22,352 bases of DNA. It comes from Candidatus Bathyarchaeia archaeon. Its GTDB lineage: Archaea; Thermoproteota; Bathyarchaeia; TCS64. The DNA lies in the NCBI GenBank assembly GCA_050014495.1, contig JBEKDF010000042.1, forward strand, positions 1 to 22,352, written 5' to 3'. The notes under the pieces were generated by a model, which ran no database searches, was not told the DNA's origin, and was given only the letters and a program-made list of their open reading frames with translations. Below, piece by piece: positions 1 through 9,586 of the stretch; within the stretch, counting starts at the first letter, position 1, and the number at the start of each line of letters is the position of its first letter. The position numbers and the translations under genes are program-made.

Positions 1-525
1 GAGTTCGCAGACGTCGGTCTTGCTGAGCTCCGGGGTTCCACCGCTAAGTAGCGTCGTGAGGACCCTGGCTATGTCGCTGGTCTCGGGTGGGCAGCCAGGT
101 ATTCTATAATCTACCTTCACGTAGTCTCCGATCGCCTGCTGCTTCGGAAGGAGCTTATCAATTGATGGCAACTCAGAGGGAATGGTTCCCTTCTGCTCCG
201 AGTAGATCTTTTTCAGCAACTCTTGCCCCTCCTTGAGGTTCGCGAGCCCGGGTACACCTCCAAAGCAGGCGCAGGAGCCGAGGGTGATCAGTATGCTTGA
301 TCTCTCTCGGATCTTCTTAGTCGTCTCGACCTCATGCTCTGTTCGAACCCCGCCTTCGATTATAGCTACATCAATCTTTTCCGGGATCTCTTTCACATCC
401 ATAAGAGTCGGCGCGTAGACAAGTTCGTTAGCTTTAAGGATGCCAAGAAGTGCCTCGTGGAGCCCTATGATTGCAATCTGGCATCCTGTATCACCCGAAA
501 GCCCAAGAAGCAAAATCTTCACCAT
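1..525 (-). CDS. mvhG: [NiFe]-hydrogenase small subunit, MvhG/VhuG-like (group 3c); 3' end runs off the window
   Basis: Not in the ORF track; translated by hand from ATG at 525: MVKILLLGLSGDTGCQIAIIGLHE...LVYAPTLMDVKEIPEKIDVAIIEGGVRT...LGSCACFGGVPGLAN...VDYRIPGCPPE...TDVCEL. The IEGG, GxCxxxGGxPGL, PGCPP and start of CExC motifs are typical of MvhG. Confidence 0.88.
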   Translation of the reverse strand, partial: MVKILLLGLSGDTGCQIAIIGLHEALLGILKANELVYAPTLMDVKEIPEKIDVAIIEGGVRTEHEVETTKKIRERSSILITLGSCACFGGVPGLANLKEGQELLKKIYSEQKGTIPSELPSIDKLLPKQQAIGDYVKVDYRIPGCPPETSDIARVLTTLLSGGTPELSKTDVCEL

Positions 526-736
526 GTTAATACCCACCTGGCATCTGCCTGGAACCCAAAGTACGGCAAAGGGAATCAGTAATTATTCTAATGACTACAT
601 ATATTGTTTATGTTAGTAAAGAGAATAATAATTGTATGTAAAAATTCCCAATGAAAATGGAGGAGTGAAAATAAATATTATTTTGAGTGCAGTAAATAGA
701 TACTGGAATATGCAAAATATATGAAAGCGGGATTTC

Positions 737-1633
737 TTAAAAGAACTCCTTTCCATCCTTGGCGACGAGGCGGGTCCAGTAGGAGGTTACATCGTCCTGG
801 ATCTCCTTTATCTCGTCCTCCGTGATGTGGCGGAACCTGCCCTGCATCTTAAGGACGTCCTTCACCGGCTTGAGTTCCTTCGGCTTGTATGTTATACGGA
901 ACTTCTCGCCATCGATGACCTCGTATAAGGGCCATAGACCGCTCAGCACCATCTCCTTACCGATCTTCACCGCCACCTGGGGTTCGAACCTCCAACCCGT
1001 TGGACAGGGGGCTGAGACCTGGATGAAGCGGAAGCCCTTGATGCTCTTCGCGTACTCGAGCTTTCCGATGAAGTCCTCGGGGTAGGCGATACTCGCTGTG
1101 GCCATGTAGGGTACTCTGTGGAGAGCCACCATTGCGGCGACGTTCTTCCTTCGCTCCTTCTTACCCCGGCTAAATTCGCCAACGGGGGTCGTCGTCGTCT
1201 CAGCGTACTTCGTCGTAGCGCTACTGCGCTGGCCACCTGTGTTCATGTATGCCTCGTTGTCGTAGCATATCCAGAGGACGTTCTCGTTACGCTCCGCAGC
1301 GCCTGAGAGTCCCTGGAAGCCTATGTCTGTCGTGCCACCATCACCGACTATCGCGGTGACGATGGCGTCCTCGCGCTCGAGCCTCTTGAAGGCCCTGCTG
1401 AGGCCTGTTGACATAGCGCCAGCACCCTCGAAGACCTCGCCGTATAGGCTTGGCTGGTCGAGGTTACCGAAGGCTGGGCCACAGCAGGCGACCTCTTGGC
1501 GGACCATCTTGTCCTTCAGGACCTTGCCGACGATCCTCGCGACAGAAGCGCCGGTGCATCCCTGGCAGGCCTGGTTCGCTGGCTGAATGTACTCCTTCTC
1601 GTCTAACTTAACGAGCGGAACTGGTTTGCTCAT
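737..1633 (-). CDS. porB: 2-oxoacid:ferredoxin oxidoreductase beta subunit (TPP-binding, PorB-like)
   Basis: ACQGC, GDGG...YDNEAYMNTGGQ TPP motif, PCPTGW and QGRFRH; GGAGG Shine-Dalgarno upstream. Substrate uncertain. Confidence 0.88.
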   Translation of the reverse strand: MSKPVPLVKLDEKEYIQPANQACQGCTGASVARIVGKVLKDKMVRQEVACCGPAFGNLDQPSLYGEVFEGAGAMSTGLSRAFKRLEREDAIVTAIVGDGGTTDIGFQGLSGAAERNENVLWICYDNEAYMNTGGQRSSATTKYAETTTTPVGEFSRGKKERRKNVAAMVALHRVPYMATASIAYPEDFIGKLEYAKSIKGFRFIQVSAPCPTGWRFEPQVAVKIGKEMVLSGLWPLYEVIDGEKFRITYKPKELKPVKDVLKMQGRFRHITEDEIKEIQDDVTSYWTRLVAKDGKEFF

Positions 1634-1646
1634 TTCATAATCCTCC

Positions 1647-2825
1647 TTAGACCCACTCCACTAAGGGAGAGACCTTCATGCCGCTCGCGGCTTTAAGGGT
1701 CTTCTCACCTATCTTTATTATGTCCTGTACACGGACCTCCTTCCCGTTTAAGCCGGCGTGGAACTGGAGGGTCCTTGGCCTCTCCTCGACCTCGTACATG
1801 GCGTTTCTGATCTCTCCAAAAGCCCAGCCTCCAGAGCCAATGCTTATGTTGCGATCGATGATACCCATGGCTTTGACCTTAGGGCCGATGCGTTGGAACT
1901 CCTCGGCTGGGAATGGTTTGAAGGTCTTGAGCCTAACTAAGCCGACCTTCTTCCCCTCAGATTGGAGTTTGTCGATGGCTACGCGTGCCGTACTCGCGAT
2001 GGTGCCGGCTGCAATTATGACAGCGTCAACATCCTTCGTCTTGTACTCTTCAACAAGGCCGTTACCGTAGCCACGGCCAAACATCTTCTTGAACTCTGTG
2101 TTGACCTCCTTGATGACTTTCTTAGCATTCTCCATCGCCTGCTGGTCCTCGATGAAGGTGGTCTGCACATCTTGCCCTATGCTCCACTGTTGCATCTGGA
2201 AATCCCGGTTCTCCTTACCCTGATCGGGGAGGAGAGGGATCATCGTCTTGTACGGTGGTAAGAACGCGTCTACCTTCGCTTCATCCGGGATGTCAATTGG
2301 TTCATCGGTGTAGCTGAGTATGTAGCCATCGCCTGCGAAGAGGCATGGTAGGCGGACTCGCTCATCCTCGGCGATCTTGTAGGCCATTAAGCCAGTATCC
2401 AAGACCTCTTGGCCACTATCGCACTCCATCATCATCCAGCCTGTCTCACGTTGAGCCATCATATCAGTCTGGTCGGGGTCCATTCCCTTTATTCCCCTGT
2501 GCATCACCGCCATTACAACTGGTATCCTGTTATTTCTCGTGGCGATCATCGGATGATGCATGTAGAGGAGACCTGGACCTGCGGTCGCTGTGAAGGCGCG
2601 TACGCCTGCTGCACCCGCCGAGAAAGCGGATGCCTGAGCGGTAAGCTCACCTTCGGTTGTGACGAACTCGGCATCGATCTCCCCGTTGGCCACCATATCG
2701 GCTATGTATTGAACGATGGTTGTCTGGGGGGTGATGGGGAAGGCTGAGATGAATTTCGCCCGGGCGAGTCTGACCGCATGGGCTACTGCCTTGTTACCAA
2801 CCATAACCTCAAACTTTTGTGGCAT
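1647..2825 (-). CDS. porA: 2-oxoacid:ferredoxin oxidoreductase alpha subunit (PorA-like)
   Basis: GNKAVA...FPITPQT, RAFTATAGPGL, RETGW, DGYILS, FKPFP and DRNISIG; lies between the gamma-delta and beta genes. Confidence 0.88.
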   Translation of the reverse strand: MPQKFEVMVGNKAVAHAVRLARAKFISAFPITPQTTIVQYIADMVANGEIDAEFVTTEGELTAQASAFSAGAAGVRAFTATAGPGLLYMHHPMIATRNNRIPVVMAVMHRGIKGMDPDQTDMMAQRETGWMMMECDSGQEVLDTGLMAYKIAEDERVRLPCLFAGDGYILSYTDEPIDIPDEAKVDAFLPPYKTMIPLLPDQGKENRDFQMQQWSIGQDVQTTFIEDQQAMENAKKVIKEVNTEFKKMFGRGYGNGLVEEYKTKDVDAVIIAAGTIASTARVAIDKLQSEGKKVGLVRLKTFKPFPAEEFQRIGPKVKAMGIIDRNISIGSGGWAFGEIRNAMYEVEERPRTLQFHAGLNGKEVRVQDIIKIGEKTLKAASGMKVSPLVEWV

Positions 2826-2840
2826 ACTCCATTTTCCTCC

Positions 2841-3656
2841 TTAGATGGTCTCCTGGACCCAATCGATTGCCTTTGTTGGGCACTCCTCTTGGCAGATGCC
2901 ACAACCTTTGCAGTACTGGTAGTTGACGACTGCTTTATTGTTCTCCATTCCGATAGCGACCTCTGGGCAGAGGATATAACAGCGGCGGCACCCGACACAT
3001 TTAGCATCGTTGAAGACTGGACGGTATAGCCTCCAGCTTGAGACGTCGCTTTCACCAGCCTTTCGTGCGCGGCTTTGAACAGTAACATCTTTCATCTTGA
3101 CCTTGGAAACGTCGACTGCCGGTGTCGCGGCTTCATAGGCATTCTGCATCGCCTTGATGTTCATTTCGCCAATGCGTCCACTCCACTGGTGGTGGGCGGC
3201 CTCCTCGAGGCTGGCAAGTTTGACCATACCGGTGACCTTGGCGAATGCGCCAAGGATGGCAGTATTTGTAATGGGCCTGCCAATAGTCTCCATCGCGACC
3301 TTTGTCGCATCGACCGTGGCGACCTTGAATGGGCCGCCAATACCCGTCTGATCTCCAGCATGTGGGTGGTTAACTAAGACGAGGCCACCCTTCTTGAGTC
3401 CCTGCGTAACAGGAACCGTCTTGGCGAGGAGTGGATCTAATACGACGACTATATCTGGCTCGTGGACAAGGTCGCGCTCATAGATCCGACTATCGCTTAC
3501 CCTGAGGAATGATTGGACCGGCGCTCCGCGCCTCTCTGTGCCGTACATGGGGATACCCAAAGTGTACTTACCCTCGTAGTACAGCGCTGTTGAGAGGAGC
3601 CTTACTCCGGTGACGGCGCCCTGGCCGCCCCTACCATGGAATCTGATCTCCATCAA
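2841..3656 (-). CDS. 2-oxoacid:ferredoxin oxidoreductase fused gamma-delta subunit
   Basis: Gamma domain (EIRFHGRGGQG, YGTERRGAPV, NTAILGA) is in frame with a delta 2x[4Fe-4S] domain (WRLYRP, CVGCRRCYILCP, CKGCGICQEECP). Confidence 0.9.
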   Translation of the reverse strand: MMEIRFHGRGGQGAVTGVRLLSTALYYEGKYTLGIPMYGTERRGAPVQSFLRVSDSRIYERDLVHEPDIVVVLDPLLAKTVPVTQGLKKGGLVLVNHPHAGDQTGIGGPFKVATVDATKVAMETIGRPITNTAILGAFAKVTGMVKLASLEEAAHHQWSGRIGEMNIKAMQNAYEAATPAVDVSKVKMKDVTVQSRARKAGESDVSSWRLYRPVFNDAKCVGCRRCYILCPEVAIGMENNKAVVNYQYCKGCGICQEECPTKAIDWVQETI

Positions 3657-3809
3657 CGTGGTTAACTCCCTTGAAGGATTCCTTCAACATCTTTTATCGC
3701 AGCATATAACCATTCTGCAATAACGGTGAGGTAATTCTATTTGAAGAAGCAATTATTATGATTGTTCAGAGAAGCAAACCGAAAATGTTTGCTTAGAGCA
3801 GAATAACTC

Positions 3810-4262
3810 ATGAGAACCCTCATCGTCTATGTCTCCTACCACCATAGGAACACTGAGAAGATTGCTAAAGCCATCGGGGAAGTACTTGATGCCGAGCTGA
3901 TTAGCCTAGAATCGGCCAAATTAAAGCCAATCAGCGACTTCGATCTGATTGGATTTGCATCGGGAAACTACTTTGGCAGGTTTGACAAGAGACTTATTGC
4001 ATACATTAATGGTCTCCCAGAGAAAAGTGGTAGGTCCGCTTTCATATTCAGTACCCACGGCTCCGACGCAAATATGAAAGCTCATGAAGAACTGAGAAGG
4101 CATCTAGAAGAAAAAGGTTTGAAGGTCGTGGGAGAGTGGCATTGCCGAGCCTTCGACACATTCGGTCCACTCAGACTATTAGGTGGAATAAACAAGGGAA
4201 GACCCAACGATGAAGACATCAAAGACGCGAAGAAATTTGCAGAGGGTCTAAGAACAAAGTAA
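3810..4262 (+). CDS. Flavodoxin family protein
   Basis: IVYVSYHHRNTEKIA, FDLIGFASGNYFG, FSTHG and GGINKGRP are typical of short archaeal/firmicute flavodoxins. Confidence 0.9.
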   Translation: MRTLIVYVSYHHRNTEKIAKAIGEVLDAELISLESAKLKPISDFDLIGFASGNYFGRFDKRLIAYINGLPEKSGRSAFIFSTHGSDANMKAHEELRRHLEEKGLKVVGEWHCRAFDTFGPLRLLGGINKGRPNDEDIKDAKKFAEGLRTK

Positions 4263-4315
4263 TATGGAGGTATCTAACAACTAACTGATCATTATAGAAA
4301 ATAATCAATTGAGGA

Positions 4316-5089
4316 TTGATTGAATTGGTTGAAAAAATTGATGTGAAGGAGAAGGCGATGAGAATTGGGTTCAGCGCCGTGGGCATCCTGTCCCTGGAAC
4401 AGTTGAGCAAGCTCCCAGTTGGTGATGTAGAAGGCGTACATATGCTCGTTCCCGCCAGGGAGGAGTTGCAATCTGTGAAATCGGTAATAATTCTTGGATA
4501 CAACATCTGGGATCCAATCTTCAATGTTCACACTCTTGACCCGCGTTGGAGGGGGATAGGACTCCACGACCCAGGAGAGAAGTTCGAATTTCATCAATTA
4601 TACTCTGAGGTCGTTGGGAGAAAGGCGTGGCAGCTTACGGAATGGTTAAGGGAATATGGATATGAGGCAGTCCTGGCTAGCGGGCTGCCCCTTAAGCCTG
4701 CAGCACAGCTCGCGGGGCTCGGTATACAGGGGAAGAACACGATATTAATATCGGATATGTACGGCCCCAATTTGAGGCTCGGAGCGGTCCTAACATCAGC
4801 TGACCTTGAGCCGGATGAGCCCTTTATGCTTGACCTATGTGGCAACTGTACACGCTGTATACGAGCATGCCCCACCGGTGCACTGAAGCCTCATGAGGTC
4901 AATATAAAAAGGTGTATGGTCTACGGTCTTGAAAGCCCAGAGTCGAGTGATGTAGATGCTGAAGTCAGGGCTATGACGGATAAACTGACCATCAGACCCA
5001 CAACGAGGAGCTTCATCGAATGTACGCGGTGCCTCGATGCATGTCCCATTGGAAGGGATATTAATAGTGGCAAGCCTACTCAGGCTTAA
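4316..5089 (+). CDS. QueG/reductive-dehalogenase-like 2x[4Fe-4S] protein
   Basis: KPAAQLAGLGIQGKNTILIS..YGPNLRLGAVLT, CGNCTRCIRACP, then C...CTRCLDACP. Start codon uncertain (TTG 4316 or ATG 4358). Confidence 0.8.
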   Translation: MIELVEKIDVKEKAMRIGFSAVGILSLEQLSKLPVGDVEGVHMLVPAREELQSVKSVIILGYNIWDPIFNVHTLDPRWRGIGLHDPGEKFEFHQLYSEVVGRKAWQLTEWLREYGYEAVLASGLPLKPAAQLAGLGIQGKNTILISDMYGPNLRLGAVLTSADLEPDEPFMLDLCGNCTRCIRACPTGALKPHEVNIKRCMVYGLESPESSDVDAEVRAMTDKLTIRPTTRSFIECTRCLDACPIGRDINSGKPTQA

Positions 5090-5120
5090 ATCAAGGGCTG
5101 TCGAATATTTACTGACCTGA

Positions 5121-6137
5121 ATGAAGCTTGTTGTATACGGTCCACAAAAGAGACTTGGTGCTTGGTTGGAAGATGGCATCATTGTTGACCTCAATTACGC
5201 CTACACCGCATTGCTTGAAAGCAAGGGTGAGGAGAGAGCCTGCGCTAAGGCTTATGCTAATGTTCCCTCATATCTCCTCGCATTCATCGAGGAGGGCGAG
5301 GCTGGACTAAAGGCCGCTGCGAAGGCTATTGCCTATGCTAAAAAGGCGAAGGTCTCAGCGAAAGGTGAGCAGCTCCTATTCAAAGACTGCGACGTGAAGT
5401 TTCATGCCCCTCTACCGAGCACGGACTCAAGGATAGCCATGGCTGGCGCTAACTTCTACGACCATAGCACTGACGTCTCCAAGATGTTCGGCCAACCCAC
5501 CTCCATCGAGGAGATCAGGAAGCAGGTTAAGGATGGAAAATACAACGCTTGGGGTTTCTGGAAGCAAGCACGTAATGTCGTAGACCCTGATGAGTGTATC
5601 CCCTACCCAGCCCGCACTCAACGTCTCGACTACGAGGTCGAAGTCGCAGCGGTACTGGGGAAGAAAGGAAAAGACATCGAGGAGGATAAGGGCGAGGATT
5701 ACATTTACGGCTACACCATAGTCAACGACCTCAGCATACGCGACGGAGGCAGGATGGCTGGTCCTGATGGATTCTTTTTTGGGAAGAACTTCGATGGATG
5801 CGCCCCCATGGGTCCCTGCATCGTCACGAAGGACGAGATTGGAGACGTTTACAAGCTCAAGCTCAAGCAGACAGTGAACGGTAAGATCCGCCAGAATGGC
5901 TCTATGGAGAGCATGATCAGAAAGTACCCATGGTGGATCACCTGGATCAGTAGGGACATGTATCTCTACCCCGGTGACATCGTCTGTGGCGGTACATGCT
6001 CCGGGACAGCCCTTGACACCAGTCCCGTTGTCGAGGGCAAGACAAAACCTGACAACTTCCTCAAGGTGGGTGATGTCCTCGAAGCTGAAGTCCCAGGCAT
6101 TGGGAAGCTCCATACAACCATTGTTGCTAAGAAGTGA
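5121..6137 (+). CDS. Fumarylacetoacetate hydrolase (FAH) family protein
   Basis: GANFYDH, LDYEVE, GYTIVNDLSIRD, GKNFDG, PMGP and FLKVGD...GIGKL. Confidence 0.9.
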   Translation: MKLVVYGPQKRLGAWLEDGIIVDLNYAYTALLESKGEERACAKAYANVPSYLLAFIEEGEAGLKAAAKAIAYAKKAKVSAKGEQLLFKDCDVKFHAPLPSTDSRIAMAGANFYDHSTDVSKMFGQPTSIEEIRKQVKDGKYNAWGFWKQARNVVDPDECIPYPARTQRLDYEVEVAAVLGKKGKDIEEDKGEDYIYGYTIVNDLSIRDGGRMAGPDGFFFGKNFDGCAPMGPCIVTKDEIGDVYKLKLKQTVNGKIRQNGSMESMIRKYPWWITWISRDMYLYPGDIVCGGTCSGTALDTSPVVEGKTKPDNFLKVGDVLEAEVPGIGKLHTTIVAKK

Positions 6138-6165
6138 CCCTTTTATCTCTCAGCCGCCTTTTTTC
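6138..6165 (+). terminator. Possible archaeal oligo-T terminator after the FAH gene
   Basis: CCCTTTTATCTCTCAGCCGCCTTTTTTC directly follows the stop codon. Confidence 0.35.
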
Positions 6166-6170
6166 ATGAG

Positions 6171-7115
6171 TTGTCCTACGCAGCGGTTGACATCGGCGCT
6201 ACGAATATTAGAGTGGCGATTGGCGATGAGAGGGGGATAAAGAGTAAGTGCTCCGAGGCCACAGACAGGTTGAATGGCCCAAAGGGGGTCATAAATCAGA
6301 TCGCTAGGATGATCAGAGGATTAGACGCTGAGCCATTGGCCATCGGCGTGGGCTCCATAGGACCACTTGACACAAAGATGGGAGCAATAGGCGCGACACC
6401 GAACTTCACCTTTAAGCACATCCCTGTCGTCGTCCCCCTTAAAGCCGAATTCGGCATCCCAGTCCAGATAATGAACGACTGCAACGCTGCAGTGATAGGA
6501 GAGCATATTTTCGGGGCTGGGAGGGAAATTGACAACCTCTTCTATGTTACCCTGAGCACAGGATTGGGCGGCGGCGCTATTGTGGATGGGAACCCGCTGA
6601 ATGGGAAGGATGGAAATGCACCTGAGATAGGCCACTTAACCCTCGATCCAAACTCGGAGCTCATCTGTGGGTGCGGGTGTCGTGGTCATTGGGAAGCATA
6701 TTGTAGCGGGGCGAACATACCCAACTATGCGAGGATCCTTCTCAAGGACAGGGACCTGGATGGGGGTCTCCTGATGAGGATGGTTAGGGGTGACCTCGGA
6801 AAGCTCACATCTAAGATGATATTCGAGGCAGCAGGTAAAGGGGACAGGGACGCGGTGTTTGTGGTCGATGAGGTTGGGAATATGAATGCTGTCGGTTTCG
6901 CAAACATCGTAAACGCCTTCGATCCGGAACTGATTACCATAGGTGGATCAGTTGCGATAAACAATCCCGATTTGATTATCGAGCCCATCAAGAGAGGCAT
7001 TGAAAGGCACCTCATTAACAGGAAGCCTGATATTAGGCTCACGTCACTGGGGGCGGATGTTGTGCTTTACGGTGGCCTCGCAATCGCATTGAAGCTTGGC
7101 GATCGTAAGCTGTGA
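6171..7115 (+). CDS. ROK-family sugar kinase (glucokinase-like)
   Basis: VDIGATN, MNDCNAA, STGLGGG and the EIGH...CGCGCRGHWEAYCSG Zn motif. Confidence 0.9.
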   Translation: MSYAAVDIGATNIRVAIGDERGIKSKCSEATDRLNGPKGVINQIARMIRGLDAEPLAIGVGSIGPLDTKMGAIGATPNFTFKHIPVVVPLKAEFGIPVQIMNDCNAAVIGEHIFGAGREIDNLFYVTLSTGLGGGAIVDGNPLNGKDGNAPEIGHLTLDPNSELICGCGCRGHWEAYCSGANIPNYARILLKDRDLDGGLLMRMVRGDLGKLTSKMIFEAAGKGDRDAVFVVDEVGNMNAVGFANIVNAFDPELITIGGSVAINNPDLIIEPIKRGIERHLINRKPDIRLTSLGADVVLYGGLAIALKLGDRKL

Positions 7116-7121
7116 TAGTGG

Positions 7122-7877
7122 CTATGGCATCTGTTTCACTATTACTATACTGTCGGCATCGTTTTTATACTGAATAAGGTCGCCCTTATAGAAGTACAGA
7201 GTAATCTCAAAATTGGGCTCTCTTGTGACGACGCATTCATAATTCCTTAAACCGATGTTAACAAACTGATGGGCCGTGTCGACACCGTACTCGAGTTGTT
7301 GGACATCACCTCCTTGCGGGATGAAGGCGTTTATGTGATATTTGCCCCCCTCAGTGGCTGTGAAACTCTTAGCGAGGAGCTCCCAGTGGGCTGGGTTGTT
7401 GTTGTCAACGAGGACAGTGTTTGAGGAAAGGGGGACGGAGATCGTCTGGTTTTTCCCCTGATTATTGCTTATTATATCAACTTGATCACTAACGAAAACG
7501 CATTGGAGGGTAGACTTTGTTCCGTTTGAACCGAAGTCTATGTTGTAGCCAACGTGTGTGACCTCCGAGAGGAATTGGTAGGTAGTGTTTACTGTGAGAT
7601 GGTTGAACTGGTAGTCGATATCAACTGCGGTGTTGAGTGTGTAGAGAGTGGAGCCTCCAGAAGTCTGGTTGCTGAGAGTGTAAGTGAATGTGCCAATGAG
7701 GGCGCCATCTTTATAGTAGTTGAATCGCTGGGGTGTACCGATTAGGAGGTTCGTGTAGCCTGTGGGAGCATAGTCTATAAATGGGTTGTAGTAGTCGTTG
7801 TAAAGTTCCAAGGCGATGGCTCCCACTATGATTAGGACGCCGAGGATTAGGATGTCTCGGTTGTTCAAGGGTGTCAC
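7122..7877 (-). CDS. Hypothetical membrane-anchored, beta-rich extracellular protein
   Basis: N-terminal hydrophobic helix followed by a T/N/Y-rich body with several N-x-S/T sequons (NQT, NTT, NGT). Confidence 0.65.
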   Translation of the reverse strand: MTPLNNRDILILGVLIIVGAIALELYNDYYNPFIDYAPTGYTNLLIGTPQRFNYYKDGALIGTFTYTLSNQTSGGSTLYTLNTAVDIDYQFNHLTVNTTYQFLSEVTHVGYNIDFGSNGTKSTLQCVFVSDQVDIISNNQGKNQTISVPLSSNTVLVDNNNPAHWELLAKSFTATEGGKYHINAFIPQGGDVQQLEYGVDTAHQFVNIGLRNYECVVTREPNFEITLYFYKGDLIQYKNDADSIVIVKQMP

Positions 7878-7913
7878 TTAATTGGGCGAGGGCTTAATAA
7901 AAAGGGGTTTGGG

Positions 7914-9422
7914 CTAGGATGAGTAAGCCTCGCTGGTTTGGCGCAGCTTATAGAGTGCAGCTTCTATTCTTCCCCTCTTTTTGGAGAGTTCTATTCTTTG
8001 CTTCTTTGCATCCTCGCCATGCTCCTTTAGCATCCTTTTAACCTCGGCAGGGCTTGGGCTACCGAGGCTGACCCTGCGGATTAGGCTCTGCATCGGGTCG
8101 GTGGCCTTGTCGATGAAGGCACGATTTACCTTAACGTCCTTTTTGTAGAGCTTAATAGCGCTCGCCTCGACGTCCTCGGGCTTGAGCTTGTCGAGAGTGT
8201 CCCCGCGACTTATGCTAAGGTTGACGAGGTCAGCAGCTATCTTATAGGACTCCCGGAAGCTGAGGCTAGTCTCGTTTGATAGGGTCTCAGCGAGCTCAAC
8301 GGCCATAGCGAAGTTGCCTGGAACCTGCCTGTAGAGCTTCTCTGGCTTGATCTTCATGGTGGTAATGGCCCCGGTCAAGATCTCAAGGCAGATCTGTGTA
8401 TTCTCGACGGTGCGCCAGAGGGTTAATTTAGTCTCCTGGAGGTCCTGGACGTAGCCAGTTGGGAGGCCCTTCTCCATGGTGAGTAACTCCATGAGTGCTC
8501 CGTATGCCTCGCCGGTCTTGCCACGGAGGAGTTCGATAGTGCTCGGGTTCTTCTTCTGTGGCATTATGCTACTGCTGGAGGTATATTCGTCAGTGAGCTC
8601 TATATAGCCAAACTCAATGGTGCTCCACTCGAGTATGTCAGCGGCGATTCTACTTAAATCGCCCATGATTATAGCGCAGACAGCGGCGGTCTCCATGGCC
8701 CAGTCCCTGCTGCTTGTTGCGTCGATGGAGTTCTCCTGTATAGCATCAAATCCGAGGAGTTCAGTTGTGCGTTTACGGTTGATGTTTATACTAGTCCCCC
8801 CAACGGGGCCGGAACCAAGGGGATTTGTGTTGACCCTAGCATAGAGTTCCGTAAGGCGCTGTTGGTCGCGTAAGAGGATATCTGCGTAGGCGCTTAAGTA
8901 AGCGCCCATTGTGCCTATCTGACCATGTTGGCCGTGGGTGTAGACTATCATGACGGCATCAGCGTTCTCCTTACCGCGATTCTGGAGAGCATCGACGAGG
9001 TTAAGGGCGGCCTCGGATATGTTGAGGATGTCCTCGCGTAGCCTGAGTTTTATGTCGGTGACGACCTGGTCATTTCGGCTACGACCGGTGTGAATCATGC
9101 CTCCAGCCTCGATGCCGATCTGCTTGATGATTGTTGTTTCGATGTACTCGTGGACGTCCTCGAACTCAGGGCCAATAATTATTTCGCCTTTGCGCCACTT
9201 CTGGCGGATCTCCCCAATGGCGGTTAGGATTAGCTTGAGCTCCTTGCTGGGAATGATCCCCTGTTCGTGTAGCATAATATCGTGGGCTGTAGTACAATTG
9301 ATATCATCTTCGAATATTCGGAGGTCCTCGTTGACAGAGGTATGGAATATGGCGGTCTTCTTATCGAACTCCTTAGAGAGGCGGGATCTGAATAGACTGC
9401 CTTGGTTTACGGATTTAGGCAT
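7914..9422 (-). CDS. argH: Argininosuccinate lyase
   Basis: EDVHEY, HTGRSRNDQV, YTHGQ and the SSSIMPQKKNP fumarase/ASL signature; 502 aa. Confidence 0.95.
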   Translation of the reverse strand: MPKSVNQGSLFRSRLSKEFDKKTAIFHTSVNEDLRIFEDDINCTTAHDIMLHEQGIIPSKELKLILTAIGEIRQKWRKGEIIIGPEFEDVHEYIETTIIKQIGIEAGGMIHTGRSRNDQVVTDIKLRLREDILNISEAALNLVDALQNRGKENADAVMIVYTHGQHGQIGTMGAYLSAYADILLRDQQRLTELYARVNTNPLGSGPVGGTSININRKRTTELLGFDAIQENSIDATSSRDWAMETAAVCAIIMGDLSRIAADILEWSTIEFGYIELTDEYTSSSSIMPQKKNPSTIELLRGKTGEAYGALMELLTMEKGLPTGYVQDLQETKLTLWRTVENTQICLEILTGAITTMKIKPEKLYRQVPGNFAMAVELAETLSNETSLSFRESYKIAADLVNLSISRGDTLDKLKPEDVEASAIKLYKKDVKVNRAFIDKATDPMQSLIRRVSLGSPSPAEVKRMLKEHGEDAKKQRIELSKKRGRIEAALYKLRQTSEAYSS

Positions 9423-9586
9423 TGGTAGCCCTTAGGGTGGTTTGTTTATATCCATTGCGACGCGGGTGTTACGTTTTAGAAATGTTTTGTCACGTATGTG
9501 TCGAATGAGTAGCGTGATATCTAATATTAAATAGGATAAAGGAAGATTTTTGTTAGATTTGAGTTAATGTGGGTGTAGTGTGTATA

